Origin: Variovorax sp.
GTDB lineage: Bacteria > Pseudomonadota > Gammaproteobacteria > Burkholderiales > Burkholderiaceae_C
Assembly (NCBI GenBank): GCA_031375105.1
Contig: JANMHJ010000040.1
Coordinates: 37,798 to 101,797, forward strand
Direction: 5' to 3'
Length of the DNA stretch: 64,000 bases
The translations under genes were made by a program, and so were the position numbers. Every line of letters starts with the position of its first letter. Positions within the stretch are counted from its first letter, which is position 1. The notes under the pieces are model-generated. The model searched no databases, was not told the DNA's origin, and worked only from the letters and a program-made list of their open reading frames with translations. Shown in pieces: positions 9,428 to 19,410 of this stretch.

Positions 9428-11190
9428 TGCAAGAAGGTCAAAGTCGCTTCAGTGCGCTGATGGATGTCAATGCCGTAGCCTCGCGTGAATTGGATTTAAC
9501 CGACCGCGAGAGTGGCTTGCCTCGCTTGTGGCGCGGTTTCATGGCCGCGCGTATTTTGGTGGCGGGTGTGTTGTTGCTGCTGCTTTTGTATCTGCGTGCG
9601 ATGGGTCAACCACCTCAGAGCTTGGCGTTGGTGGTTTGTTTGGCCTATCTGGCGTTGACGGTATGGGTACGCGTGTTGGGACGGCCTACGTTGCCAGGTG
9701 CTCGCTTTGATCCTCAATGGCTGGTGACGGTGGGTGTGGATGTGTTGGTGTTTGGTTTGCTGCTGTATTTACAAGTGGGCACGATCAATTACACACCTTT
9801 GTTTGCTTTGCCGGTGCTGCTGGCCGCAGTGCTTGGCCCCTTGCTGCTGGCGCTGGGCACGGCGGCAGCAGTCACAGTGGCTTTGCTGCTAGATGCGCTT
9901 CAATACACCTTGGCAGGCACGCCGGATGCGTCAGGCCGTTATGTGCAGGCAGCCATCACAGGGATGGGGCTTTTTGTCGTGGCCTATCTGACCAACCAAC
10001 TGGCCACACGGCTCGTGCGCCAAGAGCGTGTGGCGCGCGGCAGTGAGATGGCGGCGCGTGCGCAAATTCAGGTGAATCAATTGGTGATTGACAATTTGGG
10101 CGATGGTGTGCTTGTGATCGATGCCAATGGCGTGGTGCATGCGGCCAATCCGGCAGCGCGAGAGATGCTGGGCGCAGGCCCGGTGCCCGATGTGAGTTTG
10201 GCCAAGCCTCCCTTCGTGTTGGCGGGGCGCAGTGCGTGGCAGGGCTTGGCTGATTTGGCTGCGCGCAGCTTGAGTGAGCAACAAGCGCTGAGTCGCGATG
10301 TGGCTGTGAACGATGGGCACAACAGTCAGCGCCAGTTGCATGTGAAGACCTATTTATCGATCTTGCCAGATGCGCCAACGCAGGGCAATCTGTGCGTGAT
10401 GTTCATGGAGGATCTGCGCGAGATGGAGGCGCGTGTGCGCACCGAGAAACTGGCGGCTATGGGGCGCATGTCGGCTGCGGTGGCGCATGAAATCCGCAAT
10501 CCGCTGTCTGCCATCGCTCAGGCCAATGCCTTGCTGGCTGAAGAAATCACACAGCCCCAGCAGCAAAGCTTGGTGCGCATGGTGGCGCAGAATGTGCAGC
10601 GTTTGAATCGCGTTGTGGAAGATGTGCTGGATGTTGCGCGCGCTCAAAGTGGTGCGCGGCACGCCGTTGTGCTGCATGATGCCTCACGTTTTATCAGCCA
10701 GGTGTGCACTGATTGGGCGGGGCAGAATAATGCACAAAAAGTGCTTCTTCCCCCTATAGAATATGCGCAGAGTGCTATCGAATTCGAAGCAGATCATTTG
10801 CGCCGTGTGCTCGTCAATCTCCTAGACAACGCGCTGCGGCATGCAAGCAGGCATGCCAGTGCAATTCAAGTGACTTTCCAGCCAGACCGTACGACCCCAG
10901 GCGGTTGGAAGCTGAGTGTTTGGAGCGATGGCGCACCGATTGAGCAGAGTGTGCAGAGGCATTTGTTTGAGCCCTTCTTTAGTTCGCAAAGTAGATCCAG
11001 CGGCTTGGGCTTGTATATCTGCCGCGAGTTGTGCATGCGCCATGGTGCCACCATAGGCTACCAGCGCAGTCTGCGGCAGCAGCCGGGACGCTCTGCTGCG
11101 CAAGAGGGCAATGATTTTCAGGTGCAGATGCGCCAGAGCCTAGAGGTCACCCAACCGATGCCTTTGATGCCCATGGCATCGCGCGGCTGA
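9424..11190 (+). CDS. PAS-domain sensor histidine kinase (PilS-like)
   Basis: N-terminal polytopic membrane region, then HisKA (AAVAHEIRNPL) and HATPase_c (N box NLLDNALRHA, G boxes SDGAPI…GLGLYIC) motifs. Its stop overlaps the PP0621 gene. Confidence 0.8.
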   Translation: MMQEGQSRFSALMDVNAVASRELDLTDRESGLPRLWRGFMAARILVAGVLLLLLLYLRAMGQPPQSLALVVCLAYLALTVWVRVLGRPTLPGARFDPQWLVTVGVDVLVFGLLLYLQVGTINYTPLFALPVLLAAVLGPLLLALGTAAAVTVALLLDALQYTLAGTPDASGRYVQAAITGMGLFVVAYLTNQLATRLVRQERVARGSEMAARAQIQVNQLVIDNLGDGVLVIDANGVVHAANPAAREMLGAGPVPDVSLAKPPFVLAGRSAWQGLADLAARSLSEQQALSRDVAVNDGHNSQRQLHVKTYLSILPDAPTQGNLCVMFMEDLREMEARVRTEKLAAMGRMSAAVAHEIRNPLSAIAQANALLAEEITQPQQQSLVRMVAQNVQRLNRVVEDVLDVARAQSGARHAVVLHDASRFISQVCTDWAGQNNAQKVLLPPIEYAQSAIEFEADHLRRVLVNLLDNALRHASRHASAIQVTFQPDRTTPGGWKLSVWSDGAPIEQSVQRHLFEPFFSSQSRSSGLGLYICRELCMRHGATIGYQRSLRQQPGRSAAQEGNDFQVQMRQSLEVTQPMPLMPMASRG

Positions 11191-11217
11191 TCACTTCGCT
11201 CAGCCTACAATCTGCGC

Positions 11218-12723
11218 ATGCTTTCTCCTCTTGATCCTTCAGCTTCTTTTCGCGGTACGCCGAGCGTGCTGGTGATTGACGACGAGCCGGATCTGCGCAC
11301 CTTATATGAGCTGAGTCTGACGCGCGAGGGCTACGAGGTGGTCACAGCCGGCAGTGTGGCGCAATCGCTGGCTGCGCTTCATCAGCGGCAGTTCCATGCG
11401 GTTGTCTCGGATATGCAATTGCCCGATGGCTTAGGTTTAGAGGTCTTAAAGTTTTTAGCGCAAACGCAACGCAATGAACGTTGCGTGGTTATCACGGCGC
11501 ACGGCTCGGCAGAAAATGCGGTGGAAGCACTGAAAGCGGGTGCGTTTGATTACTTGAGCAAGCCCGTGGATTTGAAGCAGTTTCGCTCGGTGGTGGCGCA
11601 AGCTGTGCGCCTGAGCCAAAGTTTGCCTCGTGAGCCTGTAGGTGCTTCGACCAGCTCAATCAGTGTGCCCAACGCGCCTCAGACCGAAGCCGTTGAGCGT
11701 CCCGGGGCAGCCGAGCAAGCGCTGGCGGCGATTGTGGGTATCTCAGAAGTCATGAGCCATTTGCGCGCTCGCATCACCAAGGTGGCGCGTAGCATGGCAC
11801 CTGTGTTGGTGCATGGCGAATCAGGCACAGGCAAAGAGCTGGTGGCTCGTGCGATCCATGCATGTAGTCACCGCAGCGAAGGCCCTTTCGTGGCGGTCAA
11901 TTGCAGCGCCATTCCAGAGAACTTGCTGGAAGCGGAATTTTTTGGCGTACGCAAGGGCGCTTTCACTGGCGCTAGCGCAGACCGTGAGGGCTTTTTTCAG
12001 GCTGCACATGGCGGCACTTTGTTTTTGGATGAGATGGGCGATCTTCCGCAAGCCATGCAGGCCAAATTGCTGCGTGCGATTCAGGAGCGCAGCATACGAT
12101 TGCTGGGTGATACCCAGGAGCAGTCGGTCAATGTGCGTATCGTGAGTGCAACGCACCGCGATTTAGCTGCTGCTGTGGCTGCAGGGCAGTTTCGCCAAGA
12201 TTTGTATTACCGCATCAATGTGATTGACATGGCCTTGCCACCCCTGCGTCAGCGCTTGGAAGATTTGCCAGTGCTGGTCGATTGCCTGTTGCGGCGAATT
12301 GCCAGCGAGTCGGGGCAAGCCGTGCCAGCAGTCTCGCCACAATTACTTGCGCATTTGAGCGGGCTGGCATTGCCTGGCAATGTGCGCGAGCTCGAAAATT
12401 TGCTGCACCGAGCGGTGGCACTCTCGGACGGTCAGCATCTGACTTTGGACGATACGCAGCATCCGCTGACCGCTGTGGCAACGACACTAGCACCCGCACC
12501 AGCATCGCGTGAAATGTCAACCAAAGAAGCAGAGGCAGAAAGCGTTTTGCCACGCGATCTTCAGGCTCATTTGGACGAACAAGAGCGGCAAATCCTGATC
12601 AAAGCCTTGAAAGACACAGGCTTCAACCGAACTGCCACTGCCGCCAGACTGAGCATGAGCTTGCGGCAAATCCGCTACCGCATGGCGCGCTTGGGGATTG
12701 AAGCCGATGATGACAAGGCCTGA
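11218..12723 (+). CDS. Sigma-54-dependent Fis-family response regulator (PilR/NtrC-like)
   Basis: Receiver domain (VLVIDDEPDLR…D54-like), AAA+ sigma54-interaction domain (GESGTGKE, GAFTGA, ESELFGH-like) and a C-terminal Fis-type HTH. Confidence 0.85.
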   Translation: MLSPLDPSASFRGTPSVLVIDDEPDLRTLYELSLTREGYEVVTAGSVAQSLAALHQRQFHAVVSDMQLPDGLGLEVLKFLAQTQRNERCVVITAHGSAENAVEALKAGAFDYLSKPVDLKQFRSVVAQAVRLSQSLPREPVGASTSSISVPNAPQTEAVERPGAAEQALAAIVGISEVMSHLRARITKVARSMAPVLVHGESGTGKELVARAIHACSHRSEGPFVAVNCSAIPENLLEAEFFGVRKGAFTGASADREGFFQAAHGGTLFLDEMGDLPQAMQAKLLRAIQERSIRLLGDTQEQSVNVRIVSATHRDLAAAVAAGQFRQDLYYRINVIDMALPPLRQRLEDLPVLVDCLLRRIASESGQAVPAVSPQLLAHLSGLALPGNVRELENLLHRAVALSDGQHLTLDDTQHPLTAVATTLAPAPASREMSTKEAEAESVLPRDLQAHLDEQERQILIKALKDTGFNRTATAARLSMSLRQIRYRMARLGIEADDDKA

Positions 12724-13303
12724 ACACGCAAAGCTTTGGCATGCGGGCTGGTGCAGTGCAGCCAAACGGTTGGATTCTCCCAATTTTGGCCCTAGGCCCG
12801 TGGGCGGGCCGATTGATTTGATTGTTTTGCATTCCATCAGCTTGCCACCTGGGCGTTATGGTGGTCAAGAAGTGCAGGCTTTGTTTACCAATCAGCTGGA
12901 CTGGGATGCCCACCCCTATTTTCAAAGCATCCGTGGCGCGACGGTCTCCTCGCACTTTTACATTCGACGCGATGGCCAGCTCTGGCAATTCGTCAGTGTT
13001 CAGGATCGCGCTTGGCACGCGGGCCGCTCAAGTTTTCGAGGGCGCGAGAACTGCAACGACTTCTCTATTGGCATCGAATTAGAAGGGCTGGAAGGCCAGC
13101 TGTTTGAGTCGGCTCAGTATTTTCAGTTGGCTGCGCTATGCCAAACCCTGCGCTCTGAGTATCCGATCACGCATATCGCGGGGCATGAGCACATCGCGCC
13201 AGGTCGCAAATTCGATCCAGGCGTGGGCTTTGACTGGCCGCGTTTGATTCAAGATGTGGGGTGGTCGCCTCAGTGTTTTCCCGTGCTATCTTTTTTGAAG
13301 TAA
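12698..13303 (+). CDS. ampD: 1,6-anhydro-N-acetylmuramyl-L-alanine amidase AmpD
   Basis: Amidase_2 motifs (HSISLPPG…, AWHAGRSSFRGRENCNDFSIGIELEG, GHEHIAPGRKFDPG). The start may be one of the internal Met codons at 12707/12710, just past the overlap with pilR. Confidence 0.85.
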   Translation: MKPMMTRPEHAKLWHAGWCSAAKRLDSPNFGPRPVGGPIDLIVLHSISLPPGRYGGQEVQALFTNQLDWDAHPYFQSIRGATVSSHFYIRRDGQLWQFVSVQDRAWHAGRSSFRGRENCNDFSIGIELEGLEGQLFESAQYFQLAALCQTLRSEYPITHIAGHEHIAPGRKFDPGVGFDWPRLIQDVGWSPQCFPVLSFLK

Positions 13304-13631
13304 CGAACCACTTACTTCTTTCATGTGCCTGCGTCGCACACAGCGCGCAATGAGGCAGACCCAGCATTGACGCGGGCCGCGCTTGAAAAAGCGTCTGTAA
13401 GCCCCATCTGGATTGGGTTTGGCGCGGCAGCAGCAGATGCTGCTTGGGTCGCTGGCCCGATGTGCCTGAAAACTGTGCATTCATGCCCAGCAAAAGCGAG
13501 CCAAAACTGTGCAGGAGCTGCTTTCTGCATACATCAAAAGTACACATGGATGCCCCCGTTGATCAGGGTTTTTGTAGTGTTTTTTTACGTGTTTGTGAGC
13601 CAAGCACACGCACTCGGTCAAAGAGCCCGAT

Positions 13632-13679
13632 ACACTACCTATAGTGTCTTGCCAAACCAAAAAACACTAGATATAGTGT
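13632..13679 (+). promoter_or_regulatory. Tandem NrdR boxes upstream of nrdAB
   Basis: ACACTACCTATAGTGT (13632-13647) and ACACTAGATATAGTGT (13664-13679) are two 16-bp palindromes matching the NrdR box consensus (acaCwAtATaTwGtgt). They are 32 bp centre-to-centre and about 110 bp upstream of the nrdA start. Confidence 0.7.
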
Positions 13680-13787
13680 CTGACTGTTGCACCCTAGCTT
13701 CAAATTTGATAGCATGTCACATAGTTCAGATACCGAAAAACACTCACTTCGCGACAACATTAATCGAGATCAACTCAAGAGGACGCA

Positions 13788-16754
13788 ATGCAGACGACCA
13801 CCCTTCAATCCGGCTCCAGTGTTTCTTACCTTGCAGGCGACGTGCCTGCCGCTCAGGCTGCGACCTCGCAGGCCGCCAGCAACCCTTACAGCAGCTACCA
13901 AATCATCCGCCGTAATGGTTCGGTAGTGCCATTCGAGCCCAGCAAAATTGCTGTGGCCATGATGAAAGCTTTCTTGGCAGTGCATGGCACACAAGGCGCA
14001 GCTTCGGCCAGCGTGCGCGAGGCGGTTGATTCGCTGACCAGCAATGTGGTGCGCGCTCTGATGCGCTCGCGCCCAGGTGGAGGCACCTTCCATATCGAAG
14101 ATGTGCAAGATCAAGTTGAATTGGGCTTGATGCGCGGTGAGCACCTAGAAGTGGCTCGCTCCTATGTGCTTTATCGTGAGCGTCGCGCACAAGAGCGCGC
14201 CAAAGCACCTGCAACAGCCGTTGTGACCACGCCCACCTTGCACGTTGTCGATGGAGGCAAACGCGTGCCTTTGGATATGGCTCAACTGCAAGGTTTGATT
14301 GAATCGTCGTGTGCCAACCTGAGCAAAGATGTCAGCCCTGCACCTATTCTTGCGGAAACTCTGCGCAATCTGTATGACGGTGTTCCAGTGGATGAGGTCT
14401 ACAAAGCCTCGATCCTCGCCGCTCGCACGATGATCGAGAAAGAGCCCGACTACACCTATGCCACATCGCGCCTTCTCCTGCACACGATCCGCAAGGAAAT
14501 CTTGGGCAAGGAAACCACACAAGCTGAAATGGCCGTGGAATATTTGGAATATTTCCCTCACTTCATTCACAAGGGTGTGAAGAACGAATTGCTCGATGAA
14601 AAGCTGGAGCAGTTTGATCTCAAGCGCTTGGCCGCAGCCTTGAAGCCCGAGCGTGATTTGCAATTTGATTACCTCGGCCTGCAAACCTTGTATGACCGCT
14701 ACTTCCTGCACGTGCGCAAAACCCGCATCGAAATGCCTCAGGCCTTCTTCATGCGCGTGGCTATGGGCTTGTCGCTCAATGAGATTGACCGCGAAGCCCG
14801 TGCAATAGAGTTTTATGAAGTCCTCTCATCATTTGACTTCATGAGCAGCACGCCCACCTTGTTCAACAGCGGCACACTTCGCTCGCAGCTGTCTTCGTGC
14901 TATCTCACCACCGTGCCAGATCACTTAGATGGCATCTACGAATCCATCAAAGAAAACGCGCTGCTCTCCAAATTTGCAGGCGGCTTGGGCAACGACTGGA
15001 CGCGCGTACGTGCCATGGGTTCTCATATCAAAGGCACCAATGGCGAATCACAGGGTGTGGTGCCTTTCCTCAAGGTGGTCAACGACACGGCCGTGGCTGT
15101 GAACCAAGGCGGCAAACGTAAGGGCGCGGTTTGCGCTTATCTAGAAACCTGGCACTTGGATATAGAAGAGTTCTTGGAACTGCGCAAAAACACCGGTGAT
15201 GATCGCCGCCGCACGCACGACATGAACAGCGCCAACTGGATCCCCGATCTCTTCATGCGTCGCGTCATGGAAAAGGGCACCTGGACGCTTTTCTCGCCCC
15301 ATGATGCGCCTGATCTGCATGATCTGTTTGGTTCGGCGTTCGAGAAAGCCTATGTGGCTTATGAGAAAAAAGCGGCAGAAGGCAGCCTCAAGCTGCATAA
15401 AACTGTGTCTGCCCCTGATCTGTGGCGCAAGATGCTCACCATGCTCTTTGAAACTGGCCACCCTTGGATCACCTACAAAGATGCTTGTAATGTGCGTTCA
15501 CCTCAGCAGCATGTGGGTGTGGTTCACTCCTCTAACCTGTGCACCGAGATCACACTTAACACGTCAGATACCGAAACAGCTGTGTGTAACCTCGGCTCAG
15601 TCAATCTCGTGCAGCATTTGAAAGACGGCGCGAACGGCAAAGAGCTGGATCGCGTCAAGCTGCAAAAAACTATCACGACCGCGATGCGCATGCTAGACAA
15701 CGTGATCGATATCAATTACTACGCCGTGAAAAAAGCGCGTGACTCCAATATGCGTCACCGTCCTGTGGGCTTGGGGCTGATGTCGTTTCAAGACTGCCTC
15801 TATGAGCTGCGTACACCCTATGGCTCGGATGCGGCGGTGAAATTTGCCGATGAATCCATGGAAGCGATTTGCTACTACGCCTACTGGGCCTCCTCCGAGT
15901 TGGCCAAAGAGCGCGGCAAGTACACCAGCTACAAAGGCTCGCTCTGGGATCGCGGCATTCTGCCTTTAGACACACTGGACATGCTCGCTAAAGAGCGCGG
16001 TGGTTATGTGGAAGTTGATCGCTCTAGCACGATGGACTGGGATGCTCTTCGCAAAAAGATCGCGCAAGATGGCATGAGAAATTCCAACTGCGTGGCGATT
16101 GCGCCAACTGCCACGATCTCCAACATCATCGGTGTGGACGCTTGCATTGAGCCTTGCTTTGGCAACCTCTCCGTGAAGTCCAACCTGTCGGGCGAGTTCA
16201 CCATCATCAACCACTACCTCGTGCGTGATTTGAAGCGCTTAGGCTTGTGGGACGATGTGATGGTGGTGGATTTGAAGCATTACGATGGTTCGCTGCGCCC
16301 GATTGATCGCGTGCCGCAAGATATCAAAGCTTTGTATGCCACGGCTTTTGAAGTCGACACCACTTGGGTAATCGAGGCAGCAGCCCGTCGCCAGAAATGG
16401 ATTGATCAGGCGCAGTCGCTCAACATCTATATGGCAGGCGCTTCCGGTAAAAAGCTCGATGACACCTACAAGCTGGCTTGGTTGCGTGGCCTCAAGACCA
16501 CCTACTATTTGCGCACGGTTGGCGCTACACATGCAGAGAAATCGACCGTCACATCAAGCACGCTCAACTCGGTGGCCTCGGGCGGTGGAGTGGGTGGCTC
16601 GGGTGTGAGGAGTGCTTCCGTGCAAGCGGCCAAGCCGGCAATGAGTGCTTTAGATGCAGCTGCTGCTGCAGCGCAAATGCAGCTGTCTTCTTCGCCAGCA
16701 ACCGACATCAAGTTCTGCGGTGTGGATGACCCCACCTGCGAATCTTGCCAATAA
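13788..16754 (+). CDS. nrdA: Class Ia ribonucleoside-diphosphate reductase alpha subunit
   Basis: ATP-cone N-terminus (VVPFEPSKIAVAMMKAF), catalytic-site NLCTEI motif and C-terminal Cys pair. 988 aa. Confidence 0.95.
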   Translation: MQTTTLQSGSSVSYLAGDVPAAQAATSQAASNPYSSYQIIRRNGSVVPFEPSKIAVAMMKAFLAVHGTQGAASASVREAVDSLTSNVVRALMRSRPGGGTFHIEDVQDQVELGLMRGEHLEVARSYVLYRERRAQERAKAPATAVVTTPTLHVVDGGKRVPLDMAQLQGLIESSCANLSKDVSPAPILAETLRNLYDGVPVDEVYKASILAARTMIEKEPDYTYATSRLLLHTIRKEILGKETTQAEMAVEYLEYFPHFIHKGVKNELLDEKLEQFDLKRLAAALKPERDLQFDYLGLQTLYDRYFLHVRKTRIEMPQAFFMRVAMGLSLNEIDREARAIEFYEVLSSFDFMSSTPTLFNSGTLRSQLSSCYLTTVPDHLDGIYESIKENALLSKFAGGLGNDWTRVRAMGSHIKGTNGESQGVVPFLKVVNDTAVAVNQGGKRKGAVCAYLETWHLDIEEFLELRKNTGDDRRRTHDMNSANWIPDLFMRRVMEKGTWTLFSPHDAPDLHDLFGSAFEKAYVAYEKKAAEGSLKLHKTVSAPDLWRKMLTMLFETGHPWITYKDACNVRSPQQHVGVVHSSNLCTEITLNTSDTETAVCNLGSVNLVQHLKDGANGKELDRVKLQKTITTAMRMLDNVIDINYYAVKKARDSNMRHRPVGLGLMSFQDCLYELRTPYGSDAAVKFADESMEAICYYAYWASSELAKERGKYTSYKGSLWDRGILPLDTLDMLAKERGGYVEVDRSSTMDWDALRKKIAQDGMRNSNCVAIAPTATISNIIGVDACIEPCFGNLSVKSNLSGEFTIINHYLVRDLKRLGLWDDVMVVDLKHYDGSLRPIDRVPQDIKALYATAFEVDTTWVIEAAARRQKWIDQAQSLNIYMAGASGKKLDDTYKLAWLRGLKTTYYLRTVGATHAEKSTVTSSTLNSVASGGGVGGSGVRSASVQAAKPAMSALDAAAAAAQMQLSSSPATDIKFCGVDDPTCESCQ

Positions 16755-16942
16755 AAACAGATGTCGCTTTGTGCTTTGTTTTCCGTGAGCTACTGATTTC
16801 ATAGCAATCGGTGGTGCGCGAAAGCAAAGCTGTGATTTCAAAGCGATGTAATTCAGCAACACAAAATCGAGTTCAGATGTCGCAAGACTTGCAAGAAATT
16901 TGCATTTGCATTCATCTGCTCTCATAATCGGAGCATTCACTT

Positions 16943-18157
16943 ATGTTGACCTGGGACGAAGAAGTCAAACCCGCACTGCAAACTATTCCTACAAGTGGCT
17001 CCTCGATGAGTCACTTGGATGCAGTGCCTTCCCCGATCGCAGTTGCTGATCGCAAAACATTGGACGATGGCGCACCGATGCCTGCCAATTTTGCTGCCAC
17101 TGCGCAAGCCGCTGAACACTCCAACCAAGCCAACACGCATCGCCGCGTGACCGCTGCAGACAAACGCATCATCAACGGCGCGACGGATGTGAATCAGCTC
17201 GTGCCCTTCAAATACAAATGGGCTTGGGAAAAGTATCTCGCCACCTGCGCCAACCACTGGATGCCGCAAGAAATCAACATGACGCGCGACATCGCCTTGT
17301 GGAAAGATCCCAACGGCCTGACGGATGATGAGCGCCGCCTGATCAAACGCAATCTCGGCTTTTTCGTGACGGCGGATTCTTTGGCTGCCAACAATATCGT
17401 GTTGGGCAGCTATCGCCACATCACTGCACCTGAGTGCCGCCAGTTCTTACTGCGTCAAGCCTTTGAAGAAGCCATTCACACCCATGCCTACCAGTACATC
17501 GTGGAATCGCTGGGCTTGGATGAGGGTGAAATCTTTAATGCCTACCATGAGGTGGCCAGTATTCGCAACAAGGATGAGTTTCTCATTCCGTTCATTGACA
17601 CATTGACCAATCCGCATTTCAAGACTGGCACGCCCGAAAACGATCAGAAGCTTTTAAGAAGCCTGATTGTCTTTGCCTGCCTAATGGAGGGTTTGTTTTT
17701 CTACGTCGGCTTCACGCAGATTTTGGCGCTTGGCCGCCAAAATAAAATGATGGGCGCGGCAGAGCAGTATCAATACATCCTGCGCGATGAATCCATGCAT
17801 TGCAATTTTGGCATTGACCTGATCAATCAGATCAAGCTGGAAAATCCGCATCTGTGGACGGCGGAGTTCAAAACTGAGATCAATGCTTTGTTCATGAAGG
17901 CCGTGGAGCTGGAATACGCTTACGCCGAAGACACCATGCCACGCGGTGTACTTGGCTTGAATGCATCGATGTTCAAAGGTTATCTGCGCTACATCGCCAA
18001 TCGCCGTGCGGTGCAGATCGGCTTAGAAGAATTGTTCCCCGGTGAGGAAAACCCCTTCCCGTGGATGAGTGAAATGATCGACTTGAAGAAAGAGCGCAAT
18101 TTCTTCGAGACGAGAGTGATTGAGTACCAATCAGGAGGTGCGCTGTCCTGGGATTGA
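16943..18157 (+). CDS. nrdB: Class Ia ribonucleotide reductase beta subunit
   Basis: Ferritin-like di-iron/tyrosyl-radical fold (…[11 protein letters not shown]…, …ESMHCNFG…) with the N-terminal extension typical of beta/gammaproteobacterial NrdB. It follows nrdA. Confidence 0.9.
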   Translation: MLTWDEEVKPALQTIPTSGSSMSHLDAVPSPIAVADRKTLDDGAPMPANFAATAQAAEHSNQANTHRRVTAADKRIINGATDVNQLVPFKYKWAWEKYLATCANHWMPQEINMTRDIALWKDPNGLTDDERRLIKRNLGFFVTADSLAANNIVLGSYRHITAPECRQFLLRQAFEEAIHTHAYQYIVESLGLDEGEIFNAYHEVASIRNKDEFLIPFIDTLTNPHFKTGTPENDQKLLRSLIVFACLMEGLFFYVGFTQILALGRQNKMMGAAEQYQYILRDESMHCNFGIDLINQIKLENPHLWTAEFKTEINALFMKAVELEYAYAEDTMPRGVLGLNASMFKGYLRYIANRRAVQIGLEELFPGEENPFPWMSEMIDLKKERNFFETRVIEYQSGGALSWD

Positions 18158-18379
18158 TCCATTGGGTCGATCTGGGTAGGCATACCAAGCGATTGGTCAA
18201 GGAAGGCGGTGGCTGAAAAGCCGCTGTCTTCAGGTTTGCTAAAGCTCAACATAGAGCTGGCAAGCTAACCCTATTCAGGCTGTTGGGCTTTTAGTCCAGC
18301 GGTTTGAATCGCTTGGCGTGCATCTGTACGCGAAGTGTTTTATCTGTTGATCCGTAAACTAGATCTAGGAGAAACAATC

Positions 18380-18784
18380 ATGGCAACTGCGAAAAAAGCA
18401 CCGGCAAAAAAAGCCGCTGTAAAGAAACCCGCTGCGAAAAAAGCAGCAGCTAAGAAGCCCGCCGCCAAAAAGGTAGCAGCTAAAAAAGCACCGGCAAAAA
18501 AAGCCGCTGCTAAAAAGCCAGCCGCCAAGAAGGTAGCGAAGAAAGTTGCGGCCAAAAAGCCAGCAGCGAAAAAAGTAGCGAAAAAAGCGCCTGCTAAAAA
18601 AGCAGCAGCGAAAAAAGTAGCGAAAAAAGCAGCAGCTAAAAAACCTGCCGCTAAAAAGCCTGCTGCCAAGAAAGCCGCGAAAAAGCCCGCTGCGAAAGCT
18701 GCGAAAGCACCCGCTGCCCCTGCGGCTCAGACGACTCTGAACCCGCAGGCTGCTTGGCCGTTTCCAACGGCCAGCAAGCCCTGA
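18380..18784 (+). CDS. Histone H1-like nucleoid protein (Ala/Lys-rich AAKKPAAKK repeats)
   Basis: MATAKKAPAKKAAVKKPAAKKAAAKKPAAKK… is low-complexity and lysine-rich throughout. Start set at ATG 18380; the ORF-track start at 18335 is a TTG-type extension. Confidence 0.75.
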   Translation: MATAKKAPAKKAAVKKPAAKKAAAKKPAAKKVAAKKAPAKKAAAKKPAAKKVAKKVAAKKPAAKKVAKKAPAKKAAAKKVAKKAAAKKPAAKKPAAKKAAKKPAAKAAKAPAAPAAQTTLNPQAAWPFPTASKP

Positions 18785-18805
18785 TAGGGTTTGAGCAACT
18801 GAAAA

Positions 18806-18832
18806 CCCGCCATGCAAATGGCGGGTTTTTTT
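18806..18832. terminator. Rho-independent terminator (likely bidirectional) between the H1-like gene and yqaA-like gene
   Basis: CCCGCCAT-GCAA-ATGGCGGG hairpin with TTTTTTT on the + strand and TTTT on the - strand. Confidence 0.7.
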
Positions 18833-18856
18833 GGCTGTGAGTTTGCTAAAAACTGC

Positions 18857-19341
18857 TCAGCTCGAAGAAGGAAACACCCAAAGCAGCAGTGAGGTCATCA
18901 CCAAATACCGTAGAAACTTCCCAATCAGCATATAGCCCACACAAGGCCAAAACGGTAATCGCAGCCAGCCTGCTACCGCGCACAGCGGATCACCCACAAC
19001 GGGCAACCAAGAGAGCAAACAAGCCTTGGGCCCAAGTTTCTCCAACCATTGCAAAGCCTTGAGCTGGACGGAATGGCCTTTGTATTTATCTACCGCACCG
19101 TGTGCACCATAGCCGATCCACCAATCAATGGCGCCGCCAATCGTGTTGCCAGCCGTCGCTACCAAAATCGCGGGCCAAAACAAATCGGGATTGAGCTTGA
19201 TCAGGCCAAATACGGCGGGCTCTGAGCCCAAGGGCAGCAAGGTCGCAGAGATGATGGAGATGAAGAAGACCGTGGTCAAGCCGAACTGAGGCAGCGCGAG
19301 CCATGCCATGATTTCCAAGAGCCAAGAGGGTAAATTTTCCA
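18857..19341 (-). CDS. YqaA/DedA-family (VTT domain) inner-membrane protein
   Basis: MENLPSWLLEIMAWLALPQFGLTTVFFISIISATLLPLGSEP… with 4 TM helices. Start set at the ATG at 19339-19341; the ORF-track start at 19627 is probably too long. Confidence 0.65.
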
Positions 19342-19410
19342 TAGGGTGACAGTGCTGAGGGAGTATACTCGTGCCTCTTTTTTCATCAATTTCTCTCCCG
19401 CCAAATACCC

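Noticed and set aside
13325-13915. 196-aa plus-strand ORF spanning the nrdA upstream region
   Set aside because: It overlaps the NrdR operator and promoter and the nrdA start. The product is low-complexity with no start context. The region is better explained as regulatory DNA.
18340-18817. Two long antisense ORFs (109 and 150 aa) overlapping the histone H1-like gene
   Set aside because: They are artefacts of the GC-rich AAKKPAAKK repeat reading open on the opposite strand. They have low-complexity Phe/Ala/Gly or Arg/Phe/Cys composition and no RBS or start context.
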